Below the pieces are notes generated by a model. The model did not search any database, was not told the DNA's origin, and was given only the letters and a program-made list of their open reading frames with translations. A DNA stretch of 64,000 nucleotides from the NCBI GenBank assembly GCA_002633005.1, contig NMRA01000046.1:180510-244509 (forward strand), written 5' to 3'. This stretch comes from Phoronis australis. Its lineage: Eukaryota; Animalia; Phoronida. Both the position numbers and the translations under genes were made by a program. Shown piece by piece: positions 25,482-39,442 of the stretch; within the stretch, counting starts at the first letter, position 1; each line of letters opens with the position of its first letter.

Positions 25482-27309
25482 GTACCGTAAGTCCAGTAAT
25501 AGATTTATTGATTCTTATAATGTGACTTTATGTTTTAGTCGGTGCGAGGCATAATTCGCCGAAAAGCTTCCGGCGTAGTGGAGCGCCTATAGGACTGAGC
25601 TGCATCGCCTCTGGTCGGGCCAACAGAGGCGATGATCTAGAGTTATGACTAGACTTAGGTGGTTAGGTCTGGTGATTTAAGCTGCCATTTTCGATTATAC
25701 AGCCTGGCGGAGCTTGCCTTCGGCATAGCGAGTGTACGGTAAGTCCAGATGCACCATTTTGCTCCAAGCACGCGGGATGACGCTGTTTTGGTGTTGATTT
25801 GGCTTATAAAAACATCTGAAAATTAGCGTTCGAGGTAAATATCAAACGTTATCAACCATTTTCATGAAAATTCTTAACCCCGATTTTTATATGTAAGCAT
25901 TTAACAAGCCTGCCAGTATTTAGGTGTAGAGATCACAGTTGGCTAGCGTTTGGCTGAGGAGCCTACGCGGGGCCAGACGGCAGATACGAGTGACACCTTT
26001 GCAGAAATCTCGTTTAACGTATGATCGGTTATCCGAGCAGGCGTCCTGTTAGTCTTGTTCCGGCCGTAAAGCAATTCCTCGTGGGTGCATGTGTCTCCAG
26101 AGCAACCTTCACAACCACCCTCAGGTCGAATTCGCCAGCTTTCACCCCAAGGTCGACACCAGGCGACACCCCTTTAGTTTTACCTCGGATCTCTCTGTTT
26201 GTTTTGGTAGTCCCATACGAAGGTAACCATTATTGGCGAAGGAAGCAAAAACTAATCAAAATAATGCAACTTCGTCTCATCGTAAGAAAACCCGCGGGCT
26301 GAGCTGGAACATATCGTGGCGGCCGGAGACCACGGTGTAGCTGCTTCGGCTCAGTATTGGCGATAGTGACCTGAGGTTAAGTTTTACGTTTTAGGGTCCT
26401 ATTTGCAGAAAGTTCACTTTATTATGGTAACACATTGCAGCGGTACGCTTTGAGAGGGTGCACGACGCTACCTAAGGGGTCGTTTAATAATTTTTTGTTT
26501 AATATCGGTACCTACGTACTAAGTGGCTGCCCAAATCACCATCACAAAACATCCAAATTCACCGAAACACCAACTTCTTAAATGGTTATTTCAGGTTGGG
26601 GAAATAATCAGATAGTGCAGTTTGCTGTTTACGGACAGGTGATAGAAATTTTCTTGAACTTCAGTTCACTAAATCATCATCAATGCTTAATAAAGTGTTT
26701 TAGCTTATAAAAATCTATGAATCATAAACATGTAAATCAGAAACTACGCAGGCTAGCAGAAGAAAATGGGTTGGCATCACCTGGCAACACAAAATAAAAA
26801 ACTAAAGGCACACACGCCGTGTACTTTTGGTTACTAACTACCCGTTGACAATTTGCATGACTTTTTTGAAATCGCTTATTCACAGTATGAAATTTTTAGA
26901 CACTTCCCGTAGTGATACGGGTGTTTGGCGCTTTCTCCGTCCGAAGAAATTTTCAGAAATTATTGGTGTTAATGTATATTCTGGTTTATTCCAGACTCAC
27001 AACAAATCAAATGTGTTTACACTACAGGTCAAATAATTTATCAAACAGCACGAGCCAAGCTTTTACAGATTGTCTTCATTTTATTTCATAACAAACAAGT
27101 ACGGCGTGAGTTCACGATATTCATATACAAGTTGGTTTACCAGCCGAATCAGACAACCACACTTTAACACGACTGCCTATACTAATGCAGGCGGTCTGAA
27201 ACACGTTGTACCAGACGTGCGCAGGCCTCGCATGTGGGCCCATTGCACTGATCACCTGGAACTATTTTTATGCTTTATTAATATATGGTTAAAACCGAGC
27301 TGAGGAGCT

Positions 27310-27408
27310 AGAAACCTGGCTCAAGGGTTTAGCAGTGTGACCTGGTGGGACTTGAACCCACGACCTCGAGTAAAGAAAGCGGGCACTTATCAACCAGGCC
27401 ACACTGCC
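27310..27408 (-). mobile_element. tRNA-derived SINE head
   Basis: Minus strand GGCAGTGTGGCCTGGTTGATAAG (A box) ... GGTTCAAGTCCC (B box), followed by CCCTTGAGCCAGG. Confidence 0.65.
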
Positions 27409-27742
27409 TCCTCTACTGCCTATACTAACACAAGATGTGATTTCTGGTGAATGATTTGTGGACACAGAATAATGAACACAAACAGGATATGGACACTATT
27501 TTATTATGACTTATTATAAAAAATAAAACCTGAATATTGAGTTGATGCAATGCTTATTGGTTCAAACACACGTGTGTTAATCTAACACAATTGGTATCAA
27601 AGTAATTGACTCCATAAAAGAACCAAAATGATTGCTACAAGCACCTGTAACTCGACCAGTAATGTCAGTGAGGACTTCTTATCATAACCAGGCAGTGCAC
27701 TCACTGAGACCACAATCACTAATGTATAGACACCTCCCGCCA

Positions 27743-30700
27743 CTAAGAAGCAACCAGGTTAACATCAGCCAGTTTCTGACTCTGTTCCTCCACTACTGGT
27801 AGATCTGTTTCTTCACCTCCATGAACACTAGCTGACTGTAGGTCCAGCTGGATGTTGTTGCCCATCTCCCTGCCACAGCTGGGCAATGCAAGCACCGGCA
27901 TGGGAATCTCTTCACTGGGCGTGTAGTACAGGACATTCAGGCTGATATGAAGAGGGAACAAAACGTGACGATCCACTCCCATGATGACTTGCTCCTGCTC
28001 ATAGAGACAGCACGATTGAATGATGGCTATAAGTTTAGTTTTATAGAATAGTCAAACATGGTTAATGACTTGTTTACACAATAAAATAAAGTGATCACAT
28101 TTTTGAAGCTGTAAGGTTCAGTGTGCAGCGCTTAGGATTTCACCACAAGACCTATGTTGGTGAGTCAAGTTATATATTACTAACTACATGCACCATCACA
28201 TGTCATGAATTATTTGCTACGTCACATTACAGCTGGGTGAAACACCTATTGGCGACTTTGGCAAACTATCATCACTGTCCCTGCTGATAGAGTGGACATA
28301 TTCCACTGCCCTGCGTAACGTTGAAACCACAGTAAATAAATACCCAAACAAAAACTGTCATAAACTAATAGCAAAACTGCATGGACACACTCGGGTCCTT
28401 GCGTTATCACAGACAGTGTGTCGATGCTAAAGAGAACAGTTTATGGAACCAAAGAGTAATGTAATTCAGTGAATATACTGGACAAAATGCTAAAGCTCTG
28501 CAACCTAAACACTACAGCTCTGAAAAAGTAACTACTATTTTCCAACACCAGGATCAGTGGCAACAATAATTAGGTAAAAAGCCAATGAAAATGGGATATC
28601 CAATTAAAAACAGTTTGATTGTCTACTCGGTAATAAGTCTAAAAGTTATGAGAGCACCAAATAACTTTCAGTTTGGTACAGATTACCAGAATCCACAGGC
28701 ATTATTATGATTAATACACCACCATGAGTATGCATAACGCGTTCATCAACAACAAATTACAAAAAGGCTAATCAGAGAGTGACTGAGATAGATCAGAAAG
28801 GAGGACAAACCTCATCCTTTCCCAGTGTCAGTGTCTGGACTTTACTTGACTTATAAAGTGTTTGTCCAAACTTGTCGAACGAAGCCACAATGACATGGAA
28901 CATTATAGTTCTTTTGGATGAAAGACTGACAAAACTTGTACAGCTTTGACTATGTGTATTTCTCTTGAATATCAACAAACTGCAACAAAATAAAATACAA
29001 AACCAGAGCTTATGACATATAAAAGCACTTTTAACCTTTTGCAACAAAGTCACACTTAATATACAAAACCCTAGCAGAGTTTAAGAGTGACGTAAAATAA
29101 AAAGTAATCAAAACAATAGAAAAAATTCCAGAACATTAAACTGAGTTATACAATAAACAGTGATGGAAGCAGTAAAGATTATGCATTTCAATGAGTTACC
29201 GTTTAGTAAATGTCACAAGAAGGTCGATGCCATAGTTAAAGCCAGTCCAGCGCCAGCAGAACTCGCCATCTTTGGACAACACACGGCCACACCGCATGGA
29301 ATGGCGTTGAAAGTCTTCTGTACTTACATCTTGAGGCCTATAAAAAGATAGAATTTAAGATGAAGCTCCTCTTACTTAAACAGGTTTGTAACTGCAAAAC
29401 TGATAAAATGTCTATTTGCTTTACAATGACTCAGTCTTACCCTTTGTCCAGACCCTGTTCAATCCGAAGCATATAGTGCCATTGCATTTGATAGAATGGA
29501 AGTAACCAAGCTGAAAAAAATAAGAAATGGTTGAAAAGTTGTATTAGTAAAACAATGTTTCATTTAAAGCTATTGCAAACCTGACTTCCCTCACAAAAAA
29601 AAATATTTAGACAACTTACCATCATGAAAATAGTCTCAAGTTGTTCCCTAATCAAATTAGAAGTGACTTCTGGGCTAAGACAGAACTGACATTATTGGTT
29701 GAGACAGGCTCTAAAGTTGACTTGTCATGTCGTGTCATTTTAATTATCGAGCATGGTCTCGAGCAATCACAAGCTGTCAGTTCTTCGCAAGACCAAATCA
29801 CTTCTCACCTGAATAACTAACACCTTATAGTCAGTGCCAAGTAGTCTACATCAAAAGTTTCCTCGGTGTAACATGGGCTTATAGCCACTTGAAAATGAAG
29901 CAAAACTCAGCCAGCTGGAATCCAACATTTAAAATGAAACTGGTCGACATCAACTAACCTTGTGTTGCCATCATTTATGGTAGAGCAGAAAAGGTGATTC
30001 AGAACAGCCATTATAGATATGTTGAGACAACAGTGTAATCCCAATCTAACACAATAGCTTAAGCCCCCTTGTATATACAGCAGCATGACTGAAGCATATT
30101 AGTGACATGTCTTACTTCGAGGGATAATTTTGTCTGACTGGAGTAACTTGGCAGAGGGGAGATCGTTAATGACATGTTGAAATCGAATGCACCTGAACAC
30201 ACTAGCATAGTTTGCACCTCGATCGGACTCCAGGAAACTTGTCTGAAGACCTAGGACAAAAGTAAAGAAGAATGAGAAAAGGGTCTTCCAGCACAAACCT
30301 CACTGTTAACAACAGGAATTAAAGGTGTGTCAAGTGATAGTGAAATACCTTAATATGACAAATGACTTAGAAACCAGGTGCTTGTTCCTCAGATGCAATA
30401 CATTCATGAAAGTGCAAGACCACACAAGTCTTTGCGATATATCGCCATGCATAAAAAGCAAAGAGCGTTAACTTATCACTCTAGTTTTACTCAAGATTTT
30501 TGCATCATTGGACTTCAGCTAAGGGACCGTTAACAAGTATTACCACTTTCACAAGAGTACTCGGGGGGGGGAGGAGATCGAGGGTTGTTGTTAGCATACA
30601 CTTCTGACATCATAAAACATGTAAAGACAAAATTCAACTATCATTAATTCATGGCGACTGAAACATTTAAGTTTAAATGTAGCCATAATTCTCCAACAAG

Positions 30701-33700
30701 AACATTCCAGAACTTTCTTTATGTTTGATGTAGCAAATGAGCTGGACAGACAATTAGAAATATGAGACAGGAAACTTGTCCTTTCGCTAGGGGGAGGGAG
30801 TTGGAAACACTATACCTTTTGTACACTTGAGAACATGGCAATAATTGTGAATGGTGCCCACGACACAAGTACATCACAGCCATGAACGCTATTAGAACAA
30901 TTAGTAGTGCAAAGATTTGTTATGCCATATTTAGCCAATGTAAAAAACATGATGGACCTAATTTCTATCTAAGGACTACAACGAATGGCTGACTTATGTC
31001 ACCGTTAACTATTTACAGGACAATAACGGTAACGCTAACATCCACCTTACAGTAAGATGACCACCACAGTTGTCGTCATGGTTGCTTTGAATACATTATG
31101 AAATTTGCACTAAATAAAGACTAATAACCTTTTCCTGAAAATAATGTGTTTTGCTTTCCACATTACTTATTGAAGGTGATTATTGATAAGTGCAGCTAAG
31201 TGAACACCGCAGAGCACACAGACAAACCATCTTACCTTCAACATGTTTTTTGTAATAAATGTCTGCTTCTGATGAGACTCTTTTTGAGCTGCCAGTCCAG
31301 GATGGAACAAGCTTAAGAAACATCCACTGCAAAGGCATTAAGCTAACGTTTTAAACAAGCATCTCAGCCATATGAAAAATGTTACAAAATGCACCTCCCA
31401 GACTGTCCTTACGCGTGTAATTTGAAAATACATTAAATGTGTTAACTTGGACTTGTCCTGCTATAGAACAAATTTGATTCGAACACATCACCCTTGTACC
31501 AAGAAAACGTACAGACTGAGGGTAACAGCCACTTATAGGGGTTACCAATGTAGAGTTTCCTCCACTGAACAACGTGCATGAAACTGATAATCAAAATCCG
31601 GGATGCCTGCAAGGACCAAGATCCAACTGAGGAATGAATATGAGTATTTGTCCCTATGCATGAACAAAGCTTCACAAAAAAAGAGCAAATATGCACTTGA
31701 AGCCAAATTTCCAGGCTCCGATAAATTGTTTTGTTAATCAGCCATTAAATCCAAAATATAGCTTGATGGAGGTAAATGAAATATGACAAAAAACACAATG
31801 ACATTGAAAAACAAGCCCAAGAACAGTGCAGGTGTTGATAATGCCTCATATTTATTTATTACAATCTACATTACCTTTTTAAGCATTGTATAAATGTCCA
31901 TTTCCACTTGCATCACAAACAGTTGGTGTGAGGTAATAAGTTGCTCCATCAGTTCATGGCTAAAAATTAAAAAAATTAGAGTTTGAATGTATAATTACTG
32001 CCACAAAATATGTTTGAACAACTTATACTGCAAAATATAACACATACAGTTAGATGGAAGTGTCTTCAAATTAGAAACTATGAAAACTTTACGGAAATGC
32101 ATTGGTCTAGGGCATTAAGGCAGACTTCATAAGTGTGCCTCTGCCAATAAAAAAATGCTATCCTTGGTAAGGGTTGAACTGTTTAACAATGAGCTGATCA
32201 GTTTTAGCATAACTAGAGTATCACGGCTGATCCATTTTGTAATGGCTAGATGTAGGACGACTGTGACAGCCATGCCATGTCTAGAGGCGAAAAGCTATAA
32301 ATTTACAATTAAGATCACTTGCAGTTAAGGGTTCCGAGCACTTTATCATTCTGAGACAAGCCTAAACACTCAATTCATAACTGTTGTTCTTAAAACAATT
32401 GATATCTGCCTCGTAGCAGTGGAATCTGACCAAACAGAAATTTTCAGCAGCACATTTTTAGTTCTTTCAATCTAAACCGGTATCTAACGAAGCTAAAGAT
32501 AAGTTTATTTGGAAATATCCCTGGTTCAAAACTTTGGGACAATAAATACAGCCTGACATGCATGGAAATCGACATTTGATGAAGATCTTATAACTTATGT
32601 ACCTGAGATCACGTAATAAGCTGGTTGTTTGGCAGGTCATTAAGTTCTTTTCTAGCCAATCAGTGCACTTCTTTATTACATCAGTCAAACCATACATGAC
32701 TGCTGCATTGTGGTAGCTACAAACTGTCTTGGAGCTGATAGTCTCTTTCATTGTGTCTGCAGCTTGATGTATCAAACCATCCTTTAATTCATTTTGAAAC
32801 AAACAAAAAAACAAACACTATACTAAATGAGAATCTGGGGCATTACCACTAAGCACGTGAAAATGAGAGCTAAACAAGACAACTGTTCAGTATAAAAAAA
32901 TTATTCAGTAGCTTCAGACACCTCACAGGCAACAGTTTAAGTTACACAAGATAGACACCACCAATTAGGGGTCGTTCCATAAAGCAACGTTTCTTGTGAG
33001 TTTGGAGAGGTTATTTAAAACAACCCAAAATCAACCACATGATAGGCAAGTGTTTGATGGCTAAGCTCAGGACACTAGCAAAATGGTCGCTACTATAATG
33101 ATTGGCCCAAGGTTTGGTGAAGAGAGACTCACTAGCTGGAGAAGAGTAGCTGCAGCCAGGATGCTGACTATTTGAGCTGGTTTAATGAAGACATCATCCC
33201 TGTATAAGGAGCCAAAGGCTACATGAAGAGCTGGAATGCACCAAACACCTAAACTTTACAATCAAAATCAGACAGACAATATAGTCATATACTGTAAAAA
33301 TGCATTGACTTAGTTTTTATAAGCTTAGGGATCTTAGTCACTTCTGAGCTGAGACAGACAAGAAATGAACAACACATTACGCCTCGAGTAGCAAGTCAAT
33401 TTTTTTCTGGGGCCAGCATTACACCTCACTGGACATCATCAACATTACAGAATAACACACACCAGAATAACAATGTTGTAAGCTAGTGTTCAAATATGGC
33501 AATAGAGGGATGAGTAGCCTATTGATGTGTAGTATTGTGGGTAAATACTGTAAAGGGCCATATTACAGGGCTTGGAATGACCAATGACAAAAAAAGCGGA
33601 AACTTTTACGGCCCAAAACATGCGCACTACCCAGCCTTGAAATAGTCGATGTGAACCTTTCGCCGACAAAAATCGGTAGGACAAAAAAAAACAAAACGTT

Positions 33701-36700
33701 ACCACCGTCAGTAGCATGCGTCTGCGTCTTTTTATCTCGTCCATCCACTCCTCCACTCCCACCCCCACACATTTTTGGCTGCAGAGCCGTAATATTTGTC
33801 ACCGCGGTTTACAATCACACGAGACAGCATTGAAAATCCCACCACGCTATCCCAGATGCCCCGGCAATGTTGACAATTTACATTCCTCCGAAACATAAAG
33901 AGCATTTTCCGCTTTTCGAGGTGAACGTCGTCGGCAACGCCGCGGTAAGAAAGGAATTTGCCACGGAAATTTTATATCCAATCCGATTTTTTTTACGCGG
34001 AAATATAATAAAATGCGTGGACAGAACATTTAGAAAAAGCGGAAATCCGCGTTTCCGCGGAAAATTCCAAGCTCTGATATTAGCCGGAGAGGTAGCGTGG
34101 GGTAATTACCCCCTCGATTTGGAAAAAATTATGGCACAATGTATTCAGTCCATTTAGAGACTAGAGACTAGGCTACCCCTAATATCCATATGATCAATAA
34201 ATCTATTACGAAGTTGTTACCAACCATGTTGGGATAAACTGTTTACTAGTCAAGAGGAAGATTACTTTAAATACAATGTGAATGTAGCAGAGAACATGGA
34301 CTGGGCTGCGAAGTAAAACACCTATGCACACACCAAGCTTCTCTCAATTTACAATCAAATCATTTCTACCTTAAATAAACTTAATAATAGTCCATATTAA
34401 ATAGTGGGTTGATCAATCTTGCATCTAGATTGTAGTGTTAAATGTCACAATACTTTGAAAAACGTAACTGCATCAGAAAAAAGTAATAGATGGGGAGATT
34501 ATTAGTGGGAAAGCATTTATTATGAAAAATGGAGTTTTCATATGAAACAAGCTCTACTAATTAGATTGTTAAAGGAATTTTTAGTAGTAACGGGTACTAC
34601 TGTTACCAGATACATTATATAAACCATGTTTAAAGAATATGTTGACAATCACAATTCATCAAGGATAAACACATAGGCGGATTTAGGGGGGGTCCAGGGG
34701 GCCCGGCCCCCCCCCCTCTTGGCTGTCGCAAAAAAATAAAACAGCAAGAGTGTAGGGAAATGTTGAGTTTATTAATTGACCCCGGTAATTAAAATTATAC
34801 GGATGAAACAAAATTAAATGTGTGCAGTTTTAGTGTTTGGGGGGGGGGCTCAGATCCAATTTCAAGTGTCAAATTCGGAACACGGCTTATTCGTAACGGA
34901 ACTATGGCTAAGTATAGGCTCTCCCGCGATATCCCAGGCGACCGGCAGTGGCGCTGCGCACTACGACTCCGTTTCCGTCGTCTGCTCCACTATGCAATGA
35001 AGAAAATTTACTTCATTTTTTAAAGAAAATGGAACCTGAGTGACGATGAAAAAACAGAACCTGCGGGTAAGATGTGAATTTAAATTGAAGCCTTAGTGAA
35101 TCACTCAGAAACACATAATTCTCTCTTTGTCAAACCTTAACTTAAGACGATTTCCAAAGCAATTGCCAACACGAAAAACGGATTTGGCCTTTTGGGCATT
35201 TGAAGACTATTTTAAATAAAACAAATTTGTTAAGAACCAATTGCACAAAATATAAAACGTGTAATAAGTATTACAAAAAGAAGTAGGTTTCGCACGCAAA
35301 CGCTGTGGACCATAAACAAGTAGGTCTCTTATTGTACGATCAGTAGTTAAGTCGTGGTGGTGTAGTAGTAAAGCATGCGTGCTCTATTCGCCAGGTTGTG
35401 AGTTCGAGTCTCTGGTATTTTGCAGTTTTCCTGTTTGACACGTTCTCCGGTTTTTTTTTTTTTGGTTTTTTTGCCTTTTTTCTTGAATAATACTTCAGGA
35501 ATCAAGGGAAATGCTTGATTTTTAGAGGAAAAAACAGAAAAATTTCCCCCCATTCAGTGCTATGCACATCTACAATCGTGGTTTGCGCGAATGCTTACAG
35601 GCGGACAAAATGTTGGGCCCCCCTTGCGATATCCTAGATCCGCCACTGAAACATAACTCACATAAATTACTTCCCAAGTGTAAATAGTCCAAAACACCAA
35701 AGAATCACCAACTGTAAGTAGTAGTTAAGTCTATGATGTAAAGACTTTTACCTTCTTCATCAACATTGGTGTCAGGTATATCCATTTCTATGGTGTCCAG
35801 ATTAGACTCTTTCCAGGAACCATTGAACATGCAGGCAAAGTATCCAGACTGCAGAAACAATGCAGGCCATGCAAATATACACAAAAGCATAGCAAATGGC
35901 AGGTTTTACATTCAAAACAAACCATCCACAAAAAGTAAGTTGCTAAGTATTACAAACTACTACAAACACATGGCGTATAAAACAACAAGCAATTTTTACA
36001 CTTTCTAGTTAACAATCTTGCACGTAAGAAGAAACATTTGGCCTAATGATCTCCACAGTCCATTCCATGTGCTCCATGGTGTCATTGTGTGTAATTAGCA
36101 ACACTAGCGCCACATTTGGGCACACTTGAAAATACAAACAAAACAATGATTTTCAAAGATGGCACAGCATGGGGCATTAAAGAAATTTCTGCTCACCTGA
36201 CGTAAGTAAACCTTATGTAAAGCCCAAGATCTTCCCAGCGCCACTATCTTGATGTCACTGTTTTCCCCACTGACAAACAATGTCTGGTAGATATACTTGG
36301 CTGTACATTTCAGCTTTTTTCTACAATTGTTCAATAGCAGTTCCATTCAGTAAGGCATAAACTAAGTCAGTCACTGCAGTTAACAAAGATTGACCACCTG
36401 AAATAAATTACTACTTCCTAAACACATTTAGTCATGTCACCCGCAGTATCTCAATAGCTCAACAGGACACCCTCAACCAGGTTTGTTTCTTGACTAAAGA
36501 CCTGTTACCAAATGCATTTTGAAATTGCCCTAAGTCAGTTTACGTGAAATAGTGAGGCAACAGATTAATATGTGTAATCTATAGGTGGCCACACTGCATG
36601 GATATCAGGGTAAAACATTTTAAGCACAGAATTTGACTACAATTCTAAATACAGAATCACCAACCATGAGGCATTGAACACAGAATAAATGTGTTATTCA

Positions 36701-37709
36701 GTGATTTCCAGGTTGTTCTCAAAATCAGAATCACCCAAAGTGATTACAATAGGCAATTACGTTTCTCTGAATACAAGCACCGGGGTCTATAATCTTAAAT
36801 TTGTAATTGAAATCAAATTCAAAATTACTACTGACATCTTCTGCTTTACTTTTAAATTAGTTCAAACTCAAGATGAACAGCTTTAATATTCGAGTCTGAA
36901 ATCAAAATCTACAGTTTGAATTTTTACTTGGGCTTGCAGTTGTAACAGAACTAGAAACTCATATGTGTAAACCAAAATGAAATCGAATGCAGAATAATAG
37001 CTACTTGAGTAATAGAAAGGTTCCTGGTCTGCTGCCTCCTCTCAATGTAGCTGGCAGACAGGTGACACTCCCCAAAACCATCAGTACGTTTCCATTTAAC
37101 CTTGAGCACATTGACTGCAATGGCATTCAGTATTCAATTTTGTTGACGGAACGACTATTTGAATACAGGTGACTGTGGGAGTATTAGTTGAAGATGGAAG
37201 TATTTAAAGACTATAACTGCCTCAGGTGTCCATCTATGCTAAAAACATAGATATAATAGTAACACAATTTTGAGAGTTAAGCTGGGGTTAAGTATAAGTT
37301 GCAGCATATCTCCGACGTACGGGCTTGATTATAGGATGTATCGTCGTCCAAGTCAAAAGGAGAGTGCAAAATTTGGTGACCAATCACTTTCAGATCAGTT
37401 TCGAGCACTAAAATTAAATCCCGGCCACTAGTAACTTTCGTTGCAACAGATGTCAATGCTAATTACAGTTTGAAAACTAGTCAAAGACTCATCGATTTTG
37501 GACCCAGTGACGTTGATATGGAGCGTCAAAAACAGAACTCGGAAGGAACAGGCAGACCGGATTCAGAAAAAGGACGCTAACCGTTTAGGAGTTTCTAAAT
37601 TTTGTTCTGAAAACGCATCCCCTTGAGATTCGTTGCTCTCATCAAGAGGTCTCTTCTGCGAACCACTTCCTCGTTTTTCTTCAACAGGGGACGATAAGTA
37701 GCTTCCCAT
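27743..37709 (-). CDS. GMCL1: Germ cell-less protein-like (BTB/BACK CUL3 adaptor), 12 coding exons
   Basis: Exons 37582-37709, 36197-36320, 35752-35848, 33133-33230, 32603-32781, 31875-31959, 31236-31326, 30116-30250, 29441-29510, 29200-29337, 28811-28979, 27743-27994; all GT-AG and phase-consistent. N-terminal MGS; YIYQTLF..GENSDI, LHKVYL.QSGYF..MF.GSWKES, MQVEMDIY, MRCGR, CWRWTGFNYG.DL. Confidence 0.95.
33566..34076. mobile_element. Non-autonomous hAT-like element with 6-bp TSD
   Basis: TIR CAGGGCTTGGAAT / ATTCCAAGCTCTG; ATATTA at 33560-33565 and 34077-34082; end fragments also at ~46445 and ~54117-54165. Confidence 0.8.
34672..35648. mobile_element. Non-autonomous hAT-like element with 5-bp TSD
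   Basis: Termini CATAGGCGGATTTAG / CTAGATCCGCCACTG; AAACA at 34667-34671 and 35649-35653; related copy at 51169-51487. Confidence 0.8.
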
Positions 37710-37887
37710 ATCTACGGAAATAAAGTGTGAACATCTGTCATATCATGTTTGATTCTGTTTACACTGCCATCTTGAATGAATGGCGTTGACCTTCGTGAAA
37801 GATCGGAAATTTACGTTTTACGGGGCGACATCTAGCGATTGAGTAGTAAGTAAGTAGGCAGAGACGGTACTGAGACGTGATTTGAAG

Positions 37888-38223
37888 CAGAAGCGGATTT
37901 AGAGGGGGGGGGGGGGNGGGGCAAGGGAACTTTGTCCCCCTAAAGTTCTCCCAGATTCCATTTGGTAGTTCGAGGTTGCGAATGTCTGACGTGTGAAATC
38001 CTGGCTACTACTCAGCTCTGCCCCTCAACTCAAAATCCTGGAACCGCCCCTGACTTTGTCGGTGACAGATGGACGGCGCAGCACTGAAAAAAGTGTGGGG
38101 GCATCGAGGGGTGCCTTCCTGTGATGCACCGCCAATAGACCATGGGCGACGCAGCAATGAATTAAGTGGGGGACTATAGTAATCGATCCCTCCACTAGCT
38201 CCCTTATTGGTGCGCCGCCCACG
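37888..38223. mobile_element. Cluster of two short hAT-like MITE remnants upstream of gcl
   Basis: CAGAAGCGGATTTAG...GAACCGCCCCTG (37888-38052) and (C)ATGG(G/A)CG.CGCAG...GCGCCGCCCACG units also seen at ~13860-13961. Confidence 0.5.
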
Positions 38224-39377
38224 GTTCAGCAAGTAATTTAAAAAAGTTTATTTTAAAGAGGCCTGGATAGTGATGAACAGACTAAATTGTAATATTGAAA
38301 GTGGTTCCCTGCCACTGAAACAGAGTTCACTGATCTGCTCATCAGCTAGGTATTTAACTTCGTTCGTGAATGTTGATCAGTCAAAGCAAAATCTCGATAG
38401 GCCTAAACGAGGTAAACTGCTCACCACTTGACTTCGTCCAAGACACACACGTAGCACATGAAAATGTGACCTTTGACCTCAAGCAACTTCAAGCTAAGCT
38501 TGCATGTGTAGAAAAAAACAAAGTCGATTAAATTCAGGCAATGTCGCTGCAAATGAATGCCGCATGATAATGCACACACGTGCGCACGCACTTACTGATA
38601 AACAAAGAGCACTTCGAAACCACTGGCAGCCATCAAGTTAACCACTAACTCATATATTCAAAGAAGCAAGAGCCCGAAAAAGACCTTCTTCTACCGAACT
38701 TAGGAAGAGATTTTCCCGATTTTCAGTGAAAGTAACCAACCGTCCCAACAGCAGTTCACTTGAACGAGTTACATATAGGAGGTCCCTGCACATTACCAGC
38801 CAATATCTCCTGATGATAAATTAAACCGTAATTTGAAATTGTTCAGTTGCTTTTCACATTGGATTAGTTTCTCATGTCGCCAAAGCCGAGAACGGTAATA
38901 TTACGGTAATGCCACGCGAGTTACTACGGTAATCAAGAACTACAAGACCGCGTTGCTTCAGTTGGAAATGAGAAAGTCGTTTTTTTTTACAACACTTGAG
39001 CATGTCGATTTCTCTGTGTTGGTAGCGCGCGTGTTATCTTTTTTCTGTCAAAGTAAACAATATTATCTGACCGAGATGATTATTTGACTGAATGCTGATA
39101 CAACTGAGAAATTCGGCACCTGCTGTGTTTGGGTGAATTGCATATAATCACGAAATTGTAAAGAGTGAAATATTAGAGGGAGCTAAAATGCGTATGGCAA
39201 GACATTATATTTTTTACTGCATATACAATACTGTGGTTGCGAATTTCTAGTAACAAAAAATTGTTTTAGCATACCAATAAAAAAGAGTGACATAAAAATA
39301 ATTCAAAATTTGAAATTGCTGCTTACATCTAACCTTGTCACGGTCCCATCGTGAGGCAATGGGTAGTTCCCACTTGT

Positions 39378-39385
39378 ATATAAGG
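39378..39385 (+). promoter_or_regulatory. TATA box of the cysteine-rich peptide gene
   Basis: TATATAAG about 65 nt upstream of ATG 39443; AATAAA at ~41470 downstream of the stop. Confidence 0.6.
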
Positions 39386-39442
39386 ACGGAACAGACGTCA
39401 CTTCCTCTGGGCTGAAGAAAATTCAAGAAATAATTAGAAGCT

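Larger units (their letters stand above)
23976..25639. mobile_element. Academ-like non-autonomous element with nested insertions
   Basis: ~130-bp TIRs starting TAGGCAATGACCATCGCC and ending CTA; GAG 3-bp direct repeat at 23973-23975 and 25640-25642; second copy at 53598-54738. Confidence 0.7.

Noticed and set aside
25960-26350. GC-rich segment with a 93-aa ORF
   Set aside because: No motif, splice support or repeat boundary identified.
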